Source of the DNA: Dehalococcoidia bacterium
GTDB lineage: Bacteria; Chloroflexota; Dehalococcoidia; Lucifugimonadales; UBA2985
Assembly: GCA_965218945.1 (NCBI GenBank)
Contig: OZ244718.1
Span: 2,845,324-2,909,323 of the forward strand
Direction of reading: 5' to 3'
Length of the DNA stretch: 64,000 nt
The notes beneath the pieces are model-generated. The model saw nothing but the letters and a program-made list of their open reading frames with translations. It was not told where the DNA came from and did not search any database. Below are positions 58,083 through 64,000 of this stretch, one piece after another. Made by a program: the position numbers and the translations under genes. Numbering within the stretch: the stretch's first letter is position 1; each line of letters opens with the position of its first letter.

Positions 58083-58217
58083 TCCCGTATTCCCGTCTGT
58101 CCGCGTCGAACTCCGTAGTAGCGCAGGGTGTCGCCCGCCGGCCTCGACCCGATAATAAGCGCGTTCTCTACACGGTTATCCGTCACGACTCCTCCCCTTG
58201 CGACAATGCTGTCAAAA
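58079..58217 (-). pseudogene. Duplicated trxB upstream region and first ~20 codons, forming a leader ORF coupled to the coiled-coil gene
   Basis: 58127-58217 vs 57594-57683, about 88% identical; MTDNRVENALIIGSRPAGDT...RE* with ATGA overlap at 58082. Confidence 0.88.
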
Positions 58218-58232
58218 AACCGTAGTCCACGC

Positions 58233-59636
58233 TCAGTTGTGGTACCGGGATCTCCCATCGACCATGTCCTTGTTGAGACGCCTCTTGAGGTGGAGACCCT
58301 CCAGAATGAACTCCATAGCCGACGCTATAATCCCGTGGGTGTTGTCGGCCCCCAGTCGCTTGATAGGCTCGTCAAAGGCCTCCACCTCTCCCAGCAGCGT
58401 CACGTACTCCATCGACGGTCTGTCGCTGCCGGTCTCGATTGTCATGCCCTCCTCAAAGGACTCCACAATCCCCTCCATCTCCTCCATATCGACGTGGCGG
58501 CCAAATATGTTCAGCACCGCCCTCTTGGTGATGTCCTCCAGTATCTTCGCCTCGCGGCCGTCTTCCATCGTCTCCAGCTCTATCTTGCCCATTGTGGACG
58601 GCACAATGGCGGACAGGTCGCTAATGCGCGGGACAACCTTGCCCTCACCGAACCGCAGGGCGCGCTTGTAGGCGTTGCTGATAATGCTTTCGTAGTTGGC
58701 GATGGACACCCTGACGCTCACTCCCGACCGCTGATTGATGTCCCCGCTCCGACGCGCCAGGCCGGTCACCTCGGCAATGATGTCTTTCATATAGCCGGGC
58801 ACGGACACCAGGTCCTCCATGTCAGCGAAGATGGTGCGCTCCTGCTCCATTATCTGCACCTCGTCTTCGGGAAACTGGGGATAGTGGGTGCGGATCTGCG
58901 CCCCGTAGCGGTCCTTGAGCGGTGTGATGATACGTCCCCGGTTGGTGTAGTCCTCCGGGTTGGCGCTGGCCACCAGGTACACGTCCACTGGCAGGCGTAT
59001 CCTGTAACCCTTTATCTGGATGTCCCTCTCCTCCATGAGGTTGAACAGCCCCACCTGAATGCGTTCCGCCAGGTCCGGCAGCTCATTGATGGAGAATATA
59101 CCCCGGTTGGTCCTCGGTATAAGGCCGAAGTGGACCGTCAGCTCATCCGACAGGTAGCGGCCCTCGGCGACCTTGATTGGATCGACCTCTCCGATGAGGT
59201 CGGCCACGGCGATGTCAGGGGTAGCCAGCTTCTCGCCGTACCGGTCGTCGCGCCCCAGCCACGCTATCGCGATGTCGTCCCCCTCGCTCTCCAGCTTGTC
59301 TTTGCAGGCCCTGCAGATTGGATCGAATGGATTGTCATTGATCTCGCAGCCGGCAATGCAGGGTATCTCCTCGTCCAGCAGGTTGACCAGAGCGCGGATT
59401 ATCCTGGACTTGGCCTGACCGCGCTCGCCCAGCAGAATGATGTCCTGCCCGGAGAGGATGGCGTTCTCGATCTGGGGAATAACTGATTCGCTGTAGCCGA
59501 TTATCCCTGGGAAGAGGTCCTCGTCCGCGACGATCTTCTTCACGAGGTTCCGCCTAAGCTCCTCTCTCACCCCCACCACCTCATATCCGCTCTCCTTCAG
59601 CTCCCTCAGGGTATTTGCCTTCCGGGTAGAGGTCAT
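58233..59636 (-). CDS. Magnesium-chelatase-like AAA+ ATPase
   Basis: LGERGQAKSR Walker A, NELPDL Walker B variant, SANPEDYTNRGRIITPLKDR. Confidence 0.88.
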   Translation of the reverse strand: MTSTRKANTLRELKESGYEVVGVREELRRNLVKKIVADEDLFPGIIGYSESVIPQIENAILSGQDIILLGERGQAKSRIIRALVNLLDEEIPCIAGCEINDNPFDPICRACKDKLESEGDDIAIAWLGRDDRYGEKLATPDIAVADLIGEVDPIKVAEGRYLSDELTVHFGLIPRTNRGIFSINELPDLAERIQVGLFNLMEERDIQIKGYRIRLPVDVYLVASANPEDYTNRGRIITPLKDRYGAQIRTHYPQFPEDEVQIMEQERTIFADMEDLVSVPGYMKDIIAEVTGLARRSGDINQRSGVSVRVSIANYESIISNAYKRALRFGEGKVVPRISDLSAIVPSTMGKIELETMEDGREAKILEDITKRAVLNIFGRHVDMEEMEGIVESFEEGMTIETGSDRPSMEYVTLLGEVEAFDEPIKRLGADNTHGIIASAMEFILEGLHLKRRLNKDMVDGRSRYHN

Positions 59637-59813
59637 AAGCTCCCCCTAACGTGTCTTGGTTAAATGGACCGGGTTACATCCTTATACTAGACAATGCGGT
59701 CTCAAAATGGAAGCGCATAGCCCTGAAGCCCCGCTCATAGGCGAGCGTATCAAAGGGACACCACCGTGGCCCTGTCCGGTTTGAAGATATAGACTATCCC
59801 GTACCTTCGCAGG

Positions 59814-60110
59814 CTACGCGTCGGGGTCGGGGTCGCTCTCTTCGTCGGTAAACTCAAAGCCGATGGTCTGTGCGTGGGACTGGCTAATCAGCATCAGAGT
59901 GTTGGCCAGGTCCTCCGCAACGTCCGTCGTCATGCGAAGGTCGAGAGTCTTGGGGTTCTCGTCAGTTCCGGGCCCGATAACCAGTATCTGAATGCCTTCC
60001 TGGTCTGCTACCATCATCTTGGTTATCGCCATGTAGGGCCGGAGTTCTCCCCCGTAGTTGCTTATTCGGGCCTCGTGTTTCATCTCCAGATTGACCTCAA
60101 TGTGCGCCAT
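59814..60110 (-). CDS. Hypothetical protein
   Basis: AAGGAGG RBS; 98 aa. Confidence 0.65.
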   Translation of the reverse strand: MAHIEVNLEMKHEARISNYGGELRPYMAITKMMVADQEGIQILVIGPGTDENPKTLDLRMTTDVAEDLANTLMLISQSHAQTIGFEFTDEESDPDPDA

Positions 60111-60250
60111 ACAAACCTCCTTGTAGTTCTTTGCCTAAAGCGTAATGTCCAACAAGCCTCCAGCCCAAACAGCTCCCATCCCCTATGATTATACCCCGTA
60201 GCGAAAGTCTCGTGGTATCATAGTGTACTAAAATTGCGGGGAAAGAGAGT

Positions 60251-61222
60251 ATGGCGAGCAAAGGCGACTTGTCGCTGGCGATAGACTTGGGCGGCACCAA
60301 CATCCGCGTAGCTGTGGTTGACCGGGGCGGCGCGGTGCTGCAAAGAGAGCGTGAGCGAACCCAAGCCCACCTTGGCGCGGAGCACGCGATGGCGCGGCTG
60401 ACGGAAACAGCCACTAGACTCATGCACAACGCCGGCGAGGGAGAGTTTGCAGGAATCGGCGTAGCCCTGGGCAGCCCCGTGGACCCGGATACCGGAACCA
60501 TGTACAACCCGCCAAGTCTTCCCGGCTGGGACGGCTTCTCACCCAGGCGCGCCCTTGAAGAGTCTCTCCACCTTCCGGTGCATATTGCCAACGACGCGAC
60601 CCTGGGCGCTGTCGGCGAGTACGCCTACGGCATAGGCCAGGGCATGGATGACCTGGTCTACGTCACCGTGAGCACGGGCATCGGTGGAGGCGTCATAGTG
60701 AACGGCGCCCCCGTCCTGGGCATGGAGGGCTTTGCCGCCGAGCTGGGGCACATGAGCATAGACAGGAACGGGACGCTGTGCAACTGTGGCAACACCGGCT
60801 GCCTGGAGACGCTGGCATCCGGCACGGCCCTGGCCAACATCGCTATGGAACGGCTGCGGCAGGGGGAGAACAGCTCGATGGAGGCAATGGCAGAAGACGG
60901 CATCGGTATCAGGGCGGAGGCAGTGATGGAGGCCGCGGCTCAGGGAGACCCGCTGGCCAAGGAGATCGTCGAGCAGTTTGCCGAAGACCTGGGTACCGGC
61001 CTGGTCAACCTGCTGCACATTTTCAACCCCCAGATGATAGTTCTGGGAGGAGGGGTCTGCCAGAACCTGCACCTGTTCTTCGCCCCTCTCAAGGCGGCCA
61101 TCCAGCGCAGGGCAATGGCGCACCTCAAGGAGCGCATCCCCGTGGTGGCGTCCGTCTTGGGGGACGACGCCTCGCTGCTGGGCGCGGCGCACCTGGTCTT
61201 TGAAGGGTTGAGGCAGGAGTAG
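60251..61222 (+). CDS. ROK family sugar kinase (glucokinase-like)
   Basis: IDLGGTN, NDA, STGIGGG and ELGH...CNCGNTGCLE motifs. Confidence 0.93.
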   Translation: MASKGDLSLAIDLGGTNIRVAVVDRGGAVLQRERERTQAHLGAEHAMARLTETATRLMHNAGEGEFAGIGVALGSPVDPDTGTMYNPPSLPGWDGFSPRRALEESLHLPVHIANDATLGAVGEYAYGIGQGMDDLVYVTVSTGIGGGVIVNGAPVLGMEGFAAELGHMSIDRNGTLCNCGNTGCLETLASGTALANIAMERLRQGENSSMEAMAEDGIGIRAEAVMEAAAQGDPLAKEIVEQFAEDLGTGLVNLLHIFNPQMIVLGGGVCQNLHLFFAPLKAAIQRRAMAHLKERIPVVASVLGDDASLLGAAHLVFEGLRQE

Positions 61223-61225
61223 GGG

Positions 61226-62128
61226 CTACAGGTCCGAAGTCTCTCCCAGGACTTCCAGCGCTTCTTCGGCCGCCTCTACAACCAGATCGTCCGAGGACTT
61301 TAGGCAACTGAGCAGGGCCTTCTTGGCCAGACTCCCTCCTATAGCGCCGACGGCAGCTATGGCCGATGTCTGCGCCTGCTGGTCTTCGTCCTTGAACAGC
61401 TGTATGAGATGAGGCACGGCGTCCTCCTCACCCATCTCGCCGCAGGCGTTGGAGGCCTCGAATCGCATGGCCGGATGGGGACTGCTAAGCTCCTGGAGAA
61501 TGGTGGACAGCCACTGGGGGTTGCAGCTTTTGCCCATTGCGTAGACGGCGCTGCACTTCATCTCGAGCTGGTCGCTGCTGTAAGCCTCCCGGATAATCTG
61601 GTGGACCTCCGGTGTGTTGAAGGGCGCAACAGCCTCGACGGCGCGGCGTCTCACCTCCTGGGACTCGCCGGAGTTGCTAATGGCCGAGGTCAGGGACTCC
61701 CTAATCCTTTCGCCATCCTTGCTGAGTATCTTCCCGTGCTGGGCCAGCACAGAGAACTTGCTCAGGGCCGTAGCCGCGGCGGCTCTCACCCTGTCCGACG
61801 GATCATCTCTCAACAGGCTGGCCAGTGGAGTCACGAGGGACCGGTCGTCGCACTCCCAAAGCCCCTCTATGGCCTTAGCCTTCACCTCCGGGTCTTCGTC
61901 CTTCAGGCACAGCCGGAAGAGGCTGTTGAAGTCCGCGTCCAGGTTGTCCTCCGCAATATCGATAAGGCGCTGCAGGACCAGTTGCCGACGCTCGGAGTCC
62001 ACGTCCTCCCAGGCCGAGACTATAGCCTCCAGTTCCTCAATGGTCATACCCGACAGGGTCATCAGTTCTGCGTTTCGAAGAGGCTGCTCACTGTCGACAA
62101 TTACGTTCAGGCATTGCTCCAAGGTCAC
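61226..62128 (-). CDS. HEAT repeat protein
   Basis: Repeated D.D..V+..A..AL units; GTG start after AAGGAGG. Confidence 0.85.
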   Translation of the reverse strand: MTLEQCLNVIVDSEQPLRNAELMTLSGMTIEELEAIVSAWEDVDSERRQLVLQRLIDIAEDNLDADFNSLFRLCLKDEDPEVKAKAIEGLWECDDRSLVTPLASLLRDDPSDRVRAAAATALSKFSVLAQHGKILSKDGERIRESLTSAISNSGESQEVRRRAVEAVAPFNTPEVHQIIREAYSSDQLEMKCSAVYAMGKSCNPQWLSTILQELSSPHPAMRFEASNACGEMGEEDAVPHLIQLFKDEDQQAQTSAIAAVGAIGGSLAKKALLSCLKSSDDLVVEAAEEALEVLGETSDL

Positions 62129-62142
62129 CTTGTCGATCCTCC

Positions 62143-63447
62143 TTATCCCTTTGCCGTCACTGCGACTCCCTCGCACAACAATGCGGGGGCGCTCAGAAAT
62201 CCCCTGAGCCACCGGCTCTCGCTGCCGACGCTGATTACTCGATTGAGGGCATCGTACACGTTGCCGGACACCATTACGTCCTTGGCCCGGCCCGCAATTT
62301 CGCCCTTGCTTATATAATATCCCAGAAGCACATTGGCGTTAAAGCCTCCGCCAAGGATATTTCCCTGTCCCGCCCCAAGTAATCTCTCGACCACCAAGGC
62401 CTCCTCCAGACCCGAAACAATGTCCTCGAAGGACGTATCTCCCGGAGAGAAGAGTAGCACGCCGGGGCCCGGTTGGGGCAGGGTTGCCAGAGAGCGGGAC
62501 GCGCTGCCTGTAGTCTCCTTACCGGCTTGGGCGGCCGTCTGGAGATCGTAGAGGAAGCTCGCCGCCCTGCCCCTGTCGATGAGAGGCGTGGCCCGGCTGG
62601 GAATACCCTCGTCGTCGCAGATGCGGCTGCCCGGGATGAAGGGCTGGGTGGGGTCGTCCCAGAGGGAGATCCGCTCGTCCACAACCTGCTCCCCCAGCCT
62701 GCCCACCAGTGGCGACGTTCCCTTGAGGACGGTCTTGCCGCTGAACCCGCTTACAAGCGGGCCTATAAGAACCCCCGCCAAGCCTCGCGGTGTGAACAGC
62801 ACAGGCATGGCCCGGTTGGGCACCGGCGCAATTCGGCTGGCCCGCTCCAGCTGAAGCAGCATCGAGTCCGCGAGGGGTTTGACGTCGGCTATGGGATGGC
62901 ACGAGGTCTCGCTCTCCGAGACGTAGAGCATATCGGTGCCCTGAATCAGGACGGCCTCAAAATATACGCTCATTACGGTCTTGGTGTAGGAGACCCGACA
63001 GCCGCGGGAGTTCATCAACTCCGTTCTGGTCACGCTCCTGCCGACCCTACCTTCGCACTGGACCTGGGGCCACTCCGCCCTCACCGCGTCTATCAGGCTC
63101 TGCCCAAGATGCCTCATATCGTCCATACCAAACTCCGCCAGCCGGTGGTCTTGGACATCGACTGAGGGATAGCCAGTCGCAGAGGGCAGTTCCAGAAGGG
63201 CCTCAGCGCCAAAGGGGGCCATCTCCAGCGCTCGCTCCACCAGGGCGTCCTCCTCCTCAAGGTTGGTTGTGGAGGAGAACCCTATGCGCCCGTCCTTGAC
63301 GAGGCGAAGGGCCAGCCCGGAAGTCTCGCGAGTATCCACCATCTTCAGTCGATTGGCCTCAAAGCTCATGCTGGTGTCGGTTTGAGACACACCGTACACC
63401 TCGCACTCCTTGGCGGCCTTTATGGCTTTATCCAGCAGCGTTTCCAC
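62143..63447 (-). CDS. pmbA: TldE/PmbA family protein
   Basis: GLALRLVKDGRIGFSST, DDEG.P and SGN; no HE motif seen; downstream of tldD. Confidence 0.88.
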   Translation of the reverse strand: METLLDKAIKAAKECEVYGVSQTDTSMSFEANRLKMVDTRETSGLALRLVKDGRIGFSSTTNLEEEDALVERALEMAPFGAEALLELPSATGYPSVDVQDHRLAEFGMDDMRHLGQSLIDAVRAEWPQVQCEGRVGRSVTRTELMNSRGCRVSYTKTVMSVYFEAVLIQGTDMLYVSESETSCHPIADVKPLADSMLLQLERASRIAPVPNRAMPVLFTPRGLAGVLIGPLVSGFSGKTVLKGTSPLVGRLGEQVVDERISLWDDPTQPFIPGSRICDDEGIPSRATPLIDRGRAASFLYDLQTAAQAGKETTGSASRSLATLPQPGPGVLLFSPGDTSFEDIVSGLEEALVVERLLGAGQGNILGGGFNANVLLGYYISKGEIAGRAKDVMVSGNVYDALNRVISVGSESRWLRGFLSAPALLCEGVAVTAKG

Positions 63448-63450
63448 GGC

Positions 63451-64000
63451 CTATACCCCTCCCACCAGGCAGTTCCGAATTCGAATGTGCGGACTTCCGT
63501 TGCTCACCGGCAAAGGCGACTGGCCGCCTTTCCCGCAGCCCCCTCCCTGGTTGAAGTCCAAGTCGTTGCCCACCGCGTCCAGATTTCGGAGGGTGGTGAA
63601 CAGGTTTCCGGAGAGCATAACCGGCCGGACCAGCTCCTCGATCCTTCCGTTGCGTATCATGTAGGCCTCGCCCGATGAGAAGGTGAACATCTCCATGCTG
63701 GTCATGCCGCCGTACCAGTTGCAGGCGTAGACCCCTTCCTTGACGTCGGCCAGCAGGTCGGCAAGGGACGCCTCTCCCGGCTCGATGAAGGTGTTGGTCA
63801 TGCGGACGATGGGAGGGAACTGGTGGCTGATGGCACGAGCGTTGCCGGAGGGAGGCTCTCCCATCTTCGCAGCCGTCTCCCGGGAGTGGAGCCTGCCGAC
63901 CAGAACACCCTCTCGTATCAGGTCGGTGCGGGTGGAAGGAACGCCCTCGTCGTCGTACTTGTAGCTTCCCCTCAGGCCATCGACGGCTCCCCCGTCCACG
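63451..64000 (-). CDS. tldD: TldD metalloprotease, C-terminal part (5' end outside the window)
   Basis: YDDEG, GNAR, VRMTNTFI and GCGKGGQ.PLPVS.GSPH motifs. Confidence 0.92.
   Translation of the reverse strand, partial: VDGGAVDGLRGSYKYDDEGVPSTRTDLIREGVLVGRLHSRETAAKMGEPPSGNARAISHQFPPIVRMTNTFIEPGEASLADLLADVKEGVYACNWYGGMTSMEMFTFSSGEAYMIRNGRIEELVRPVMLSGNLFTTLRNLDAVGNDLDFNQGGGCGKGGQSPLPVSNGSPHIRIRNCLVGGV

Noticed and set aside
59680-60240. Possible further flanking duplication around the 59814-60110 gene (TACTAGACAATGCGG vs TACTAAAATTGCGG)
   Set aside because: Too short and too weak to distinguish from chance
61226-64000. RiPP cluster around tldD/tldE
   Set aside because: No precursor peptide, YcaO or other modification enzyme visible; TldD/E with a HEAT protein looks like housekeeping context

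Overview
GC-rich bacterial chromosome segment, most consistent with Chloroflexota class Dehalococcoidia (SAR202-like). This placement is inferred from gene content and a Gram-positive-type SOS box. The backbone is housekeeping: coaBC-coaX-nnr-acpS-metF/folD, hisS/rel-rpsT, rph-lhgO, nadE, pabB/pabC, trxB, a ROK kinase, tldD/tldE and tRNA-Ile2(CAT). It is interrupted by many small accessory inserts: six toxin-antitoxin loci, two frameshifted restriction-modification systems, an IS5 element, a REP-flanked GIY-YIG gene and several REP families. Two things stand out. (1) An intact phage DNA-packaging operon (putative TerS, TerL, Cys-HTH regulator, portal, scaffold) has no integrase, replication or tail genes and is driven by two sigma70 promoters that each carry the same LexA-like operator. 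It is a candidate domesticated, SOS-controlled gene transfer agent. (2) At least six inserts are flanked by 45-120 bp direct repeats of a neighbouring host gene end. The upstream remnant copy often supplies the promoter/RBS and a coupled leader ORF for the next gene. All calls were made by eye and by motif recognition; no database searches were run.
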